From Eledone cirrhosa (taxonomy: Eukaryota): a stretch of 64,000 nt of DNA. Under the pieces are notes generated by a model that made no database searches, was not told the origin of the DNA, and saw only the letters and a list, made by a program, of their open reading frames with translations. Shown here piece by piece: positions 11,901 through 26,900 of the stretch (positions are counted from its first letter, which is position 1; each line of letters begins with the position of its first letter). A program made the position numbers and the translations under genes. The DNA lies in assembly GCA_964016885.1 (NCBI GenBank), contig OZ024741.1, forward strand, positions 259,160,001 through 259,224,000. Reading direction: 5' to 3'.

Positions 11901-14900
11901 AACACTCGTAAGTCGAAGCACTCGTATCGAAACACTCGTAAGTCGAAACACCCTTAAGTCAAAACACTCGTAAGCCAAAACACTCGTAAGTCGAAACACT
12001 CGTAAGTCGGAACACTCGTAAGTCAGAACACTCGTAAGTCAGAACACTCGTAAGTGGAAACACGCGTAAGTCGAAAGACCCGTAAGTCAAAAATCTCGTA
12101 AGTCAAAACACTCGTAAGCCGAAACACTCGTAAGTCGAAACACTCGTAAGTCGAAACATTCGTAAAGCGAAACGTATAAATAAAGATTAATGTAATCAAC
12201 TTGAAAAGCATAGATATTTGAAACCGCGTCTATTTGTTATTTTCGTAAGTCGAAACACTCGTAAGTCAGAACACTCGTAAGTCAGAACACTCTTAAGTCA
12301 GAACACTCGTATCGAAACACGTATGTCAAAACACCCGTAAGTCAAAACACTCGTAAGTCGAAACACTCGTAAGTCGAAACACTCGTAAGCCGAAACAATC
12401 GTAAGTCAAAACACTCGTAATTCGAAACACTCGTAAGCCGAAAATACTCGTAAGTCGGAACACCCGTAAGCCGAAACCCTCGTAGGTCGGAACACTCGTA
12501 AGTCGAAACACTCGTAAGTCGAAACACCCGTAAGTCGAAACACTCGTAAGTCGAAACACCCGTAAGTCGAAACATCCGTAAGTCAAAACACTCGTATGTC
12601 GAAACACTCGTAAGCCGAAACACTCGTAAGTCGGAACACTCGCAAGTCAGAACACTCGTAAGTCAGAACACTCGTAAGTCGAAACACTCGTAAGTCGAAA
12701 CACCCGTAAGTCGAAACGCCCGTAAGTCAAAACACTCGTATGTCGAAACACTCGCAAGCCGAAAAACCGTAAGTCAGAACACTCGTAAGTCGAAACACTC
12801 GTAAATCGAAACACTCGTAAGCCGAAACACTCGTAAGCGAAAACATTCGTTAGTCGAAACACTCGTAACCCGAAACACTCGTAAGTCGAAACACTCGAAA
12901 GCCGAAACACTCGTAAGTCGAAACACTCATAAGCCGAAACACTCGTAAGTCGGAACACTCGTAAGTCAGAACACCCGTAAATCAGAACACTCGTAGTCAG
13001 AACACTCGTAAGTCGAAACACTCGTAAGCCGAAACACTCGCAAGTCGAAGCACTCGTAATCCGAAACACTCTTAAGTCGAAACACTCGTAAGTCGGAACA
13101 CTCGTAAGTCAGAACACTCGTAAGTCAGAACACTCGTAAGTCGAAACACTCGTAAGCCGAAACATCCGTAAGTCAAAACATCCGTAAGTCAAAACATTCG
13201 TAAGTCGAAACACCCGTAGTCGAAACACTCGCAAGTCGAAACACTCGTAAGTCGAAACACGCGTAAGTCGAAACACATGTAAGTCAAAACACTCGTAAGT
13301 CAAAACACTCGTAAGCCGAAACACTCGTAAGTCGAAACACTCGTAAGTCGAAACACTCGTAAAGCGAAACGTATAAATAAATATTAATGTAATGAATTTG
13401 AAAAGCATAGAGATTTGAAACCGCGTCTATTTGTTATTTTCGTAAGTCGAAACACTCGTAAGCCGAAACACTCGTGAGCCGAAACACTCGTAAGTCGGAA
13501 CACTCGTAAGTCAGAACACTCGTAAGTCAGAACACTCGTAAGTTAGAACACTCGTAAGTCAGAACACTCGTAAGTCAGAACACTCGTAAGTCGAAACACT
13601 CGTATCGAAACACTCGTATGTCAAAACACCCGTAAGTCAAAACACTCGTAAGTCGAAACACTCGTAAGTCGAAACACTCGTAAGCCGAAACACTCGTAAG
13701 CCGAAACACTCGTAAGTCGGAACACTCGTAAGTCGGAACACTCGTAAGTCAGAACACTCGTAAGTCAGAACACTCGTAAGTCAGAACACTCGTAAGTCAG
13801 AACACTCGTAAGTCGAAACACTCGTATCGAAACACTCGTATGTCAAAACACCCGTAAGTCAAAACACTCGTAAGTCGAAACACTCGTAAGTCGAAACACT
13901 CGTATGTCGAAACATCCGTAAATCAGAACACTCGTAAGTCGAAACACTCGTAAGTCGAAACACTCGTAAGCCGAAACACTCGTAAGTCGAAACACCCTTA
14001 AGTCAAAACACTCGTAAGCCAAAACACTCGTAAGTCGAAACACTCGTAAGTGGAAACACGCGTAAGTCGAAAGACCCGTAAGTCAAAAATCTCGTAAGTC
14101 AAAACACTCGTAAGCCGAAACACTCGTAAGTCGAAACACTCGTAAGTCGAAACATTCGTAAAGCGAAACGTATAAATAAAGATTAATGTAATGAACTTGA
14201 AAAGCATAGATATTTGAAACCGCGTCTATTTGTTATTTTCGTAAGTCGAAACACTCGTAAGTCAGAACACTCGTAAGTCAGAACACTCGTATCGAAACAC
14301 GTATGTCAAAACACCCGTAAGTCAAAACACTCGTAAGTCGAAACACTCGTAAGTCGAAACACTCGTAAGCCGAAACAATCGTAAGTCAAAACACTCGTAA
14401 GTCGAAACACTCGTAAGCCGAAAATATTCGTAAGTCGGAACACCCGTAAGCCGAAACCCTCGTAGGTCGGAACACTCGTAAGTCGAAACACTCTTAAGTC
14501 GAAACACCCGTAAGTCGAAACACTCGTAAGTCGAAACACCCGTAAGTCGAAACATCCGTAAGTCAAAACACTCGTATGTCGAAACACTCGTAAGCCGAAA
14601 CACTCGTAAGTCGGAACACTCGCAAGTCAGAACACTCGTAAGTCAGAACACTCGTAAGTCGAAACACTCGTAAGTCGAAACACCCGTAAGTCGAAACGCC
14701 CGTAAGTCAAAACACTCGTATGTCGAAACACTCGCAAGCCGAAAAACCGTAAGTCAAAACACTCGTAAGTCGAAACACTCGTAAATCGAAACACTCGTAA
14801 GCCGAAACACTCGTAAGCGAAAACATTCGTTAGTCGAAACACTCGTAACCCGAAACACTCGTAAGTCGAAACACTCGAAAGCCGAAACACTCGTAAGTCG

Positions 14901-17900
14901 AAACACTCATAAGCCGAAACACTGGTAAGTCGGAACACTCGTAAGTCAGAACACCCGTAAATCAGAACACTCGTAGTCAGAACACTCGTAAGTCGAAACA
15001 CTCGTAAGCCGAAACACTCGCAAGTCGAAGCACTCGTTATCCGAAACACTCTTAAGTCGAAACACTCGTAAGTCGGAACACTCGTAAGTCAGAACACTCG
15101 TAAGTCAGAACACTCGTAAGTCGAAACACTCGTAAGCCGAAACATCCGTAAGTCAAAACATCCGTAAGTCAAAACGTTCGTAAGTCGAAACACCCGTAGT
15201 CGAAACACTCGCAAGTCGAAACACTCGTAAGTCGAAACACGCGTAAGTGAAAACACATGTAAGTCAAAACACTCGTAAGTCAAAACACTCGTAAGCCGAA
15301 ACACTCGTAAGTCGAAACACTCGTAAGTCGAAACACTCGTAAAGCGAAACGTATCAATAAAGATTAATGTAATGAATTTGAAAAGCATAGAGATTTGAAA
15401 CCGCGTCTATTTGTTATTTTCGTAAGTCGAAACACTCGTAAGCCGAAACACTCGTGAGCCGAAACACTCGTAAGTCGGAACACTCGTAAGTCAGAACACT
15501 CGTAAGTCAGAACACTCGTAAGTTAGAACACTCGTAAGTCAGAACACTCGTAAGTCAGAACACTCGTAAGTCGAAACACTCGTATCGAAACACTCGTATG
15601 TCAAAACACCCGTAAGTCAAAACACTCGTAAGTCGAAACACTCGTAAGTCGAAACACTCGTAAGCCGAAACACTCGTAAGCCGAAACACTCGTAAGTCGG
15701 AACACTCGTAAGTCGGAACACTCGTAAGTCAGAACACTCGTAAGTCAGAACACTCGTAAGTCAGAACACTCGTAAGTCAGAACACTCGTAAGTCGAAACA
15801 CTCGTATCGAAACACTCGTATGTCAAAACACCCGTAAGTCAAAACACTCGTAAGTCGAAACACTCGTAAGTCGAAACACTCGTATGTCGAAACATCCGTA
15901 AATCAGAACACTCGTAAGTCGAAACACTCGTAAGTCGAAACACTCGTAAGCCGAAACACTCGTAAGTCGAAGCACTCGTATCGAAACACTCGTAAGTCGA
16001 AACACCCTTAAGTCAAAACACTCGTAAGCCAAAACACTCGTAAGTCGAAACACTCGTAAGTCGGAACACTCGTATGTCAGAACACTCGTAAGTCAGAACA
16101 CTCGTAAGTGGAAACACGCGTAAGTCGAGAGACCCGTAAGTCAAAAATCTCGTAAGTCAAAACACTCGTAAGCCGAAACACTCGTAAGTCGAAACACTCG
16201 TAAGTCGAAACATTCGTAAAGCGAAACGTATAAATAAAGATTAATGTAATGAACTTGAAAAGCATAGATATTTGAAACCGCGTCTATTTGTTATTTTCGT
16301 AAGTCGAAACACTCGTAAGTCAGAACACTCGTAAGTCAGAACACTCTTAAGTCAGAACACTCGTATCGAAACACGTATGTCAAAACACCCGTAAGTCAAA
16401 ACACTCGTAAGTCGAAACACTCGTAAGTCGAAACACTTGTAAGCCGAAACAATCGTAAGTCAAAACACTCGTAAGTCGAAACACTCGTAAGCCGAAAATA
16501 CTCGTAAGTCGGAACACCCGTAAGCCGAAACCCTCGTAGGTCGGAACACTCGTAAGTCGAAACACTCGTAAGTCGAAACACCCGTAAGTCGAAACACTCG
16601 TAAGTCGAAACACCCGTAAGTCGAAACATCCGTAAGTCAAAACACTCGTATGTCGAAACACTCGTAAGCCGAAACACTCGTAAGTCGGAACACTCGCAAG
16701 TCAGAACACTCGTAAGTCAGAACACTCGTAAGTCGAAACACTCGTAAGTCGAAACACCCGTAAGTCGAAACGCCCGTAAGTCGAAACACTCGTATGTCGA
16801 AACACTCGCAAGCCGAAAAACCGTAAGTCAAAACACTCGTAAGTCGAAACACTCGTAAATCGAAACACTCGTAAGCCGAAACACTCGTAAGCGAAAACAT
16901 TCGTTAGTCGAAACACTCGTATCCCGAAACACTCGTAAGTCGAAACACTCGAAAGCCGAAACACTCGTAAGTCGAAACACTCATAAGCCGAAACACTCGT
17001 AAGTCGGAACACTCGTAAGTCAGAACACCCGTAAATCAGAACACTCGTAGTCAGAACACTCGTAAGTCGAAACACTCGTAAGCCGAAACACTCGCAAGTC
17101 GAAGCACTCGTAATCCGAAACACTCTTAAGTCGAAACACTCGTAAGTCGGAACACTCGTAAGTCAGAACACTCGTAAGTCAGAACACTCGTAAGTCGAAA
17201 CACTCGTAAGCCGAAACATCCGTAAGTCAAAACATCCGTAAGTCAAAACATTCGTAAGTCGAACACCCGTAGTCGAAACACTCGCAAGTCGAAACACTCG
17301 TAAGTCGAAACACGCGTAAGTCGAAACACATGTAAGTCAAAACACTCGTAAGTCAAAACACTCGTAAGCCGAAACACTCGTAAGTCGAAACACTCGTAAG
17401 TCGAAACACTCGTAAAGCGAAACGTATAAATAAATATTAATGTAATGAATTTGAAAAGCATAGAGATTTGAAACCGCGTCTATTTGTTATTTTCGTAAGT
17501 CGAAACACTCGTAAGCCGAAACACTCGTGAGCCGAAACACTCGTAAGTCGGAACACTCGTAAGTCAGAACACTCGTAAGTCAGAACACTCGTAAGTTAGA
17601 ACACTCGTAAGTCAGAACACTCGTAAGTCAGAACACTCGTAAGTCGAAACACTCGTATCGAAACACTCGTATGTCAAAACACCCGTAAGTCAAAACACTC
17701 GTAAGTCGAAACACTCGTAAGTCGAAACACTCGTAAGCCGAAACACTCGTAAGCCGAAACACTCGTAAGTCGGAACACTCGTAAGTCGGAACACTCGTAA
17801 GTCAGAACACTCGTAAGTCAGAACACTCGTAAGTCAGAACACTCGTAAGTCAGAACACTCGTAAGTCGAAACACTCGTATCGAAACACTCGTATGTCAAA

Positions 17901-20900
17901 ACACCCGTAAGTCAAAACACTCGTAAGTCGAAACACTCGTATGTCGAAACATCCGTAAATCAGAACACTCGTAAGTCGAAACACTCGTAAGTCGAAACAC
18001 TCGTAAGCCGAAACACTCGTAAGTCGAAGCACTCGTATCGAAACACTCGTAAGTCGAAACACCCTTAAGTCAAAACACTCGTAAGCCAAAACACTCGTAA
18101 GTCGAAACACTCGTAAGTCGGAACACTCGTAAGTCAGAACACTCGTAAGTCAGAACACTCGTAAGTGGAAACACGCGTAAGTCGAAAGACCCGTAAGTCA
18201 AAAATCTCGTAAGTCAAAACACTCGTAAGCCGAAACACACGTAAGTCGAAACACTCGTAAGTCGAAACATTCGTAAAGCGAAACGTATAAATAAAGATTA
18301 ATGTAATCAACTTGAAAAGCATAGATATTTGAAACCGCGTCTATTTGTTATTTTCGTAAGTCGAAACACTCGTAAGTCAGAACACTCGTAAGTCAGAACA
18401 CTCTTAAGTCAGAACACTCGTATCGAAACACGTATGTCAAAACACCCGTAAGTCAAAACACTCGTAAGTCGAAACACTCGTAAGTCGAAACACTCGTAAG
18501 CCGAAACAATCGTAAGTCAAAACACTCGTAAGTCGAAACACTCGTAAGCCGAAAATACTCGTAAGTCGGAACACCCGTAAGCCGAAACCCTCGTAGGTCG
18601 GAACACTCGTAAGTCAGAACACCCGTAAGTCAGAACACTCGTAGTCAGAACACTCGTTAGTCGAAACACTCGTAAGCCGAAACACTCTTAAGTCGAAGCA
18701 CTCGTAATCCGAAACACTCTTAAGTCAGAACACCCGTAAGTCAGAACACTCGTAAGTCAGAACACTCGTAAGTCAGAACACTCGTAAGTCAGAGCACTCG
18801 TATCGAAACACTCGTATGTCAAAACACCCGTAAGTCAAAACACTCGTAAGTCGAAACACTCGTAAGTCGAAACACTCGTAAGCCGAAACACCGTAAGCCA
18901 AAACACTCGTAAGTCGAAACACCCGTAAGTCGGAACACTCGTAAGCCGAAACACTCGTAAGCCGAAACACTCATAAGCCGAAACACTCGTAAGTCGGAAC
19001 ACTCGTAAGTCAGAACACCCGTAAGTCAGAACACTCGTAGTCAGAACACTCGTTAGTCGAAACACTCGTAAGCCGAAACACTCTTAAGTGGAAGCACTCG
19101 TAATCCGAAACACTCTTAAGTCGAAACACTCGTAAGTCGGAAGACTCGTAAGTCAGAACACTCGTAAGTCAGAACACTCGTAAGTCGAAACACTCGTAAG
19201 CCGAAACATCCGTAAGTCAAAACATCCGTAGGTCAAAACATTCGTAAGTCGAAACACCCGTAGTCGAAACACTCGCATGTCGAAACACTCGTAAGTCGAA
19301 ACACGCGTAAGTCGAAACACATGTAAGTCAAAACACTCGTAAGTCAAAACACTCGTAAGCCGAAACACTCGTAAGTCGAAACACTCGTAAAGCGAAACGT
19401 ATAAATAAAGATTAATGTAATGAATTTGAAAAGCATAGAGATTTGAAACCGCGTCTATTTGTTATTTTCGTAAATCGAAACACTCGTAAGCCGAAACACT
19501 CGTGAGCCGAAACACTCGTAAGTCGGAACACTCGTAAGTCAGAACACTCGTAAGTCAGAACACTCGTAAGTTAGAACACTCGTAAGTCAGAACACTCGTA
19601 AGTCAGAACACTCGTAAGTCAGAACACTCGTAAGTCGAAACACTCGTATCGAAACACTCGTATGTCAAAACACCAGTAAGTCAAAACACTCGTAAGTCGA
19701 AACACTCGTAAGCCGAAACACCGTAAGTCAAAACACTCGTAAGTCGAAACACTCGTAAGTCGAAACACTCGTAAGTCGAAACACTCGTAAGCCGAAACAC
19801 TCGTAAGCCGAAACACTCGTAAGTCGGAACACTCGTAAGTCAGAACACTCATAAGTCAGAACACTCGTAAGTCAGAACACTCGTAAGTCGAAACACTCGT
19901 AAGCCGAAACACCGTAAGTCGAAACACCCGTATGTCGAAACACTCGTAAGCCGAAACACTCTTAAGTCGAAACACTCATAAGCCGAAACACTCGTAAGTC
20001 GGAACACTCGTACATCAGAACACCCGCAAGTCAGAACACTCGTAAATCAGAACACTCTTAAGTCGAAACTCACGTACGCCGAAACACTCGTAAGTCGAAA
20101 CACTCGTAAGTCGAAACATCCTTAAGTCGAAACACTCGTACACCGAAACACTCGTAAGTATAAACATTAGTAAGTCGAAACACTCGTATGTCGAAACACT
20201 CGTAAACCGAAACACTCGTAAGTCGGAACACTCGTAAGTCAGAACACTCGTAAGTCAGAACACTCGTAAGTCGAAACACTCATAAGTCGAAACACTCGTA
20301 AGTCGAAACACCCGTAAGTCGAAACAACCGTAAGTCGAAACACTCGTATGTCGAATAACTCGTAAGCCGAAACACTCGTAAGCCAAAACATTCGTAAGTC
20401 GAAACACTCGTAAACCGAAACACTCGTAAGCCAAAACATTCGTAAGTCTAAACACTCGTAAGTCGAAACACCCATAGCCGAAACACTTGTAAGTCTGAAC
20501 ACACGTAAGTCAGAACACCCGTAAGTCATAACACTCGTAAGTCAGAACACTCGTAAGTCAGAACACTCGTAAGTCAGAGCACTCGTATCGAAACACTCGT
20601 ATGTCAAAACACCCGTAAGTCAAAACACTCGTAAGTCGAAACACTCGTAAGCCGAAACACCGTAAGCCAAAACACTCGTAAGTCGAAACATCCGTAAGTC
20701 GCAACACTCGTAAGTCGAAACACTCGTAAGTCGAAACACTCGTAAGCCGAAACACTCGTAAGCCGAATCACTCGTAAGTCGGAACACTCGTAAGTCGGAA
20801 CACTCGTAAGTCAGAACACTCGTAAGTCAGAACACTCGTAAGTCAGAACACTCGTAAGTCAGAACACTCGTAAGTCGAAACACTCGTATCGAAACACTCG

Positions 20901-23900
20901 TATGTCAAAACACCCGTAAGTCAAAACACTCGTAAGTCGAAACACTCGTAAGTCGAAACATTCGTATGTCGAAACATCCGTAAATCAGAACACTCGTAAG
21001 TCGAAACACTCGTAAGTCGAAACACTCGTAAGCCGAAACACTCGTAAGTCGAAGCACTCGTATCGAAACACTCGTAAGTCGAAACACCCTTAAGTCAAAA
21101 CACTCGTAAGCCAAAACACTCGTAAGTCGAAACACTCGTAAGTCGGAACACTCGTAAGTCAGAACACTCGTAAGTCAGAACACTCGTAAGTGGAAACACG
21201 CGTAAGTCGAAACAGTCATAAGTCGAAACACTCGTAAGTCGAAACACCCGTAAGTCGAAACACCCGTAAGTCGAAACACTCGTATGTCGAATAACTCGTA
21301 AGCCGAAACACCGTAAGTCAAAACACTCGTAAGTCGAAACACTCGTAAGTCGAAACACCCATAAGCCGAAACACTCGTAAGCCAAAACATTCGTAAGTCG
21401 AAACACTCGTAAGTCGAAACACCCATAGCCGAAACACTCGTAAGTCTGAACACACGTAAGTCAGAACAGCCGTAAGTCAGAACACTCGTAAGTCAGAACA
21501 CTCGTAAGTCAGAACACTCGTAAGTCAGAGCACTCGTATCGAAACACTCGTATGTCAAAACACCCGTAAGTCAAAACACTCGTAAGTCGAAACACTCGTA
21601 AGCCGAAACACCGTAAGCCAAAACACTCGTAAGTCGAAACACCCGTAAGTCGGAACACTCGTAAGTCGAAACACTCGTAAGTCGAAACACTCGTAAGCCG
21701 AAACACTCGTAAGCCGAAACACTCGTAAGTCGGAACACTCGTAAGTCGGAACACTCGTAAGTCAGAACACTCGTAAGTCAGAACACTCGTAAGTCAGAAC
21801 ACTCGTAAGTCAGAACACTCGTAAGTCGAAACACTCGTATCGAAACACTCGCATGTCAAAACACCCGTAAGTCAAAACACTCGTAAGTCGAAACACTCGT
21901 AAGTCGAAACACTCGTATGTCGAAACATCCGTAAATCAGAACACTCGTAAGTCGAAACACTCGTAAGCCGAAACACTCGTAAGTCGAAGCACTCGTATCG
22001 AAACACTCGTAAGTCGAAACACCCTTAAGTCAAAACACTCGTAAGCCAAAACACTCGTAAGTCGAAACACTCGTAAGTCGGAACACTCGTATGTCAGAAC
22101 ACTCGTAAGTCAGAACACTCGTAAGTGGAAACACGCGTAAGTCGAAAGACCCGTAAGTCAAAAATCTCGTAAGTCAAAACACTCGTAAGCCGAAACACTC
22201 GTAAGTCGAAACACTCGTAAGTCGAAACATTCGTAAAGCGAAACGTATAAATAAAGATTAATGTAATGAACTTGAAAAGCATAGATATTTGAAACCGCGT
22301 CTATTTGTTATTTTCGTAAGTCGAAACACTCGTAAGTCAGAACACTCGTAAGTCAGAACACTCTTAAGTCAGAACACTCGTATCGAAACACGTATGTCAA
22401 AACACCCGTAAGTCAAAACACTCGTAAGTCGAAACACTCGTAAGTCGAAACACTCGTAAGCCGAAACAATCGTAAGTCAAAACACTCGTAAGTCGAAACA
22501 CTCGTAAGCCGAAAATACTCGTAAGTCGGAACACCCGTAAGCCGAAACCCTCGTAGGTCGGAACACTCGTAAGTCGAAACACTCGTAAGTCGAAACACCC
22601 GTAAGTCGAAACACTCGTAAGTCGAAACACCCGTAAGTCGAAACATCCGTAAGTCAAAACACTCGTATGTCGAAACACTCGTAAGCCGAAACACTCGTAA
22701 GTCGGAACACTCGCAAGTCAGAACACTCGTAAGTCAGAACACTCGTAAGTCGAAACACTCGTAAGTCGAAACACCCGTAAGTCGAAACGCCCGTAAGTCA
22801 AAACACTCGTATGTCGAAACACTCGCAAGCCGAAAAACCGTAAGTCAAAACACTCGTAAGTCGAAACACTCGTAAATCGAAACACTCGTAAGCCGAAACA
22901 CTCGTAAGCGAAAACATTCGTTAGTCGAAACACTCGTATCCCGAAACACTCGTAAGTCGAAACACTCGAAAGCCGAAACACTCGTAAGTCGAAACACTCA
23001 TAAGCCGAAACACTCGTAAGTCGGAACACTCGTAAGTCAGAACACCCGTAAATCAGAACACTCGTAGTCAGAACACTCGTAAGTCGAAACACTCGTAAGC
23101 CGAAACACTCGCAAGTCGAAGCACTCGTAATCCGAAACACTCTTAAGTCGAAACACTCGTAAGTCGGAACACTCGTAAGTCAGAACACTCGTAAGTCAGA
23201 ACACTCGTAAGTCGAAACACTCGTAAGCCGAAACATCCGTAAGTCAAAACATCCGTAAGTCAAAACATTCGTAAGTCGAAACACCCGTAGTCGAAACACT
23301 CGCAAGTCGAAACACTCGTAAGTCGAAACACGCGTAAGTCGAAACACATGTAAGTCAAAACACTCGTAAGTCAAAACACTCGTAAGCCGAAACACTCGTA
23401 AGTCGAAACACTCGTAAGTCGAAACACTCGTAAAGCGAAACGTATAAATAAATATTAATGTAATGAATTTGAAAAGCATAGAGATTTGAAACCGCGTCTA
23501 TTTGTTATTTTCGTAAGTCGAAACACTCGTAAGCCGAAACACTCGTGAGCCGAAACACTCGTAAGTCGGAACACTCGTAAGTCAGAACACTCGTAAGTCA
23601 GAACACTCGTAAGTTAGAACACTCGTAAGTCAGAACACTCGTAAGTCAGAACACTCGTAAGTCGAAACACTCGTATCGAAACACTCGTATGTCAAAACAC
23701 CCGTAAGTCAAAACACTCGTAAGTCGAAACACTCGTAAGTCGAAACACTCGTAAGCCGAAACACTCGTAAGCCGAAACACTCGTAAGTCGGAACACTCGT
23801 AGGTCGGAACACTCGTAAGTCAGAACACTCGTAAGTCAGAACACTCGTAAGTCAGAACACTCGTAAGTCAGAACACTCGTAAGTCGAAACACTCGTATCG

Positions 23901-26900
23901 AAACACTCGTATGTCAAAACACCCGTAAGTCAAAACACTCGTAAGTCGAAACACTCGTATGTCGAAACATCCGTAAATCAGAACACTCGTAAGTCGAAAC
24001 ACTCGTAAGTCGAAACACTCGTAAGCCGAAACACTCGTAAGTCGAAGCACTCGTATCGAAACACTCGTAAGTCGAAACACCCTTAAGTCAAAACACTCGT
24101 AAGCCAAAACACTCGTAAGTCGAAACACTCGTAAGTCGGAACACTCGTAAGTCAGAACACTCGTAAGTCAGAACACTCGTAAGTGGAAACACGCGTAAGT
24201 CGAAAGACCCGTAAGTCAAAAATCTCGTAAGTCAAAACACTCGTAAGCCGAAACACTCGTAAGTCGAAACACTCGTAAGTCGAAACATTCGTAAAGCGAA
24301 ACGTATAAATAAAGATTAATGTAATCAACTTGAAAAGCATAGATATTTGAAACCGCGTCTATTTGTTATTTTCGTAAGTCGAAACACTCGTAAGTCAGAA
24401 CACTCGTAAGTCAGAACACTCTTAAGTCAGAACACTCGTATCGAAACACGTATGTCAAAACACCCGTAAGTCAAAACACTCGTAAGTCGAAACACTCGTA
24501 AGTCGAAACACTCGTAAGCCGAAACAATCGTAAGTCAAAACACTCGTAATTCGAAACACTCGTAAGCCGAAAATACTCGTAAGTCGGAACACCCGTAAGC
24601 CGAAACCCTCGTAGGTCGGAACACTCGTAAGTCGAAACACTCGTAAGTCGAAACACCCGTAAGTCGAAACACTCGTAAGTCGAAACACCCGTAAGTCGAA
24701 ACATCCGTAAGTCAAAACACTCGTATGTCGAAACACTCGTAAGCCGAAACACTCGTAAGTCGGAACACTCGCAAGTCAGAACACTCGTAAGTCAGAACAC
24801 TCGTAAGTCGAAACACTCGTAAGTCGAAACACCCGTAAGTCGAAACGCCCGTAAGTCAAAACACTCGTATGTCGAAACACTCGCAAGCCGAAAAACCGTA
24901 AGTCAGAACACTCGTAAGTCGAAACACTCGTAAATCGAAACACTCGTAAGCCGAAACACTCGTAAGCGAAAACATTCGTTAGTCGAAACACTCGTAACCC
25001 GAAACACTCGTAAGTCGAAACACTCGAAAGCCGAAACACTCGTAAGTCGAAACACTCATAAGCCGAAACACTCGTAAGTCGGAACACTCGTAAGTCAGAA
25101 CACCCGTAAATCAGAACACTCGTAGTCAGAACACTCGTAAGTCGAAACACTCGTAAGCCGAAACACTCGCAAGTCGAAGCACTCGTAATCCGAAACACTC
25201 TTAAGTCGAAACACTCGTAAGTCGGAACACTCGTAAGTCAGAACACTCGTAAGTCAGAACACTCGTAAGTCGAAACACTCGTAAGCCGAAACATCCGTAA
25301 GTCAAAACATCCGTAAGTCAAAACATTCGTAAGTCGAAACACCCGTAGTCGAAACACTCGCAAGTCGAAACACTCGTAAGTCGAAACACGCGTAAGTCGA
25401 AACACATGTAAGTCAAAACACTCGTAAGTCAAAACACTCGTAAGCCGAAACACTCGTAAGTCGAAACACTCGTAAGTCGAAACACTCGTAAAGCGAAACG
25501 TATAAATAAATATTAATGTAATGAATTTGAAAAGCATAGAGATTTGAAACCGCGTCTATTTGTTATTTTCGTAAGTCGAAACACTCGTAAGCCGAAACAC
25601 TCGTGAGCCGAAACACTCGTAAGTCGGAACACTCGTAAGTCAGAACACTCGTAAGTCAGAACACTCGTAAGTTAGAACACTCGTAAGTCAGAACACTCGT
25701 AAGTCAGAACACTCGTAAGTCGAAACACTCGTATCGAAACACTCGTATGTCAAAACACCCGTAAGTCAAAACACTCGTAAGTCGAAACACTCGTAAGTCG
25801 AAACACTCGTAAGCCGAAACACTCGTAAGCCGAAACACTCGTAAGTCGGAACACTCGTAAGTCGGAACACTCGTAAGTCAGAACACTCGTAAGTCAGAAC
25901 ACTCGTAAGTCAGAACACTCGTAAGTCAGAACACTCGTAAGTCGAAACACTCGTATCGAAACACTCGTATGTCAAAACACCCGTAAGTCAAAACACTCGT
26001 AAGTCGAAACACTCGTAAGTCGAAACACTCGTATGTCGAAACATCCGTAAATCAGAACACTCGTAAGTCGAAACACTCGTAAGTCGAAACACTCGTAAGC
26101 CGAAACACTCGTAAGTCGAAACACCCTTAAGTCAAAACACTCGTAAGCCAAAACACTCGTAAGTCGAAACACTCGTAAGTGGAAACACGCGTAAGTCGAA
26201 AGACCCGTAAGTCAAAAATCTCGTAAGTCAAAACACTCGTAAGCCGAAACACTCGTAAGTCGAAACACTCGTAAGTCGAAACATTCGTAAAGCGAAACGT
26301 ATAAATAAAGATTAATGTAATGAACTTGAAAAGCATAGATATTTGAAACCGCGTCTATTTGTTATTTTCGTAAGTCGAAACACTCGTAAGTCAGAACACT
26401 CGTAAGTCAGAACACTCGTATCGAAACACGTATGTCAAAACACCCGTAAGTCAAAACACTCGTAAGTCGAAACACTCGTAAGTCGAAACACTCGTAAGCC
26501 GAAACAATCGTAAGTCAAAACACTCGTAAGTCGAAACACTCGTAAGCCGAAAATATTCGTAAGTCGGAACACCCGTAAGCCGAAACCCTCGTAGGTCGGA
26601 ACACTCGTAAGTCGAAACACTCTTAAGTCGAAACACCCGTAAGTCGAAACACTCGTAAGTCGAAACACCCGTAAGTCGAAACATCCGTAAGTCAAAACAC
26701 TCGTATGTCGAAACACTCGTAAGCCGAAACACTCGTAAGTCGGAACACTCGCAAGTCAGAACACTCGTAAGTCAGAACACTCGTAAGTCGAAACACTCGT
26801 AAGTCGAAACACCCGTAAGTCGAAACGCCCGTAAGTCAAAACACTCGTATGTCGAAACACTCGCAAGCCGAAAAACCGTAAGTCAAAACACTCGTAAGTC

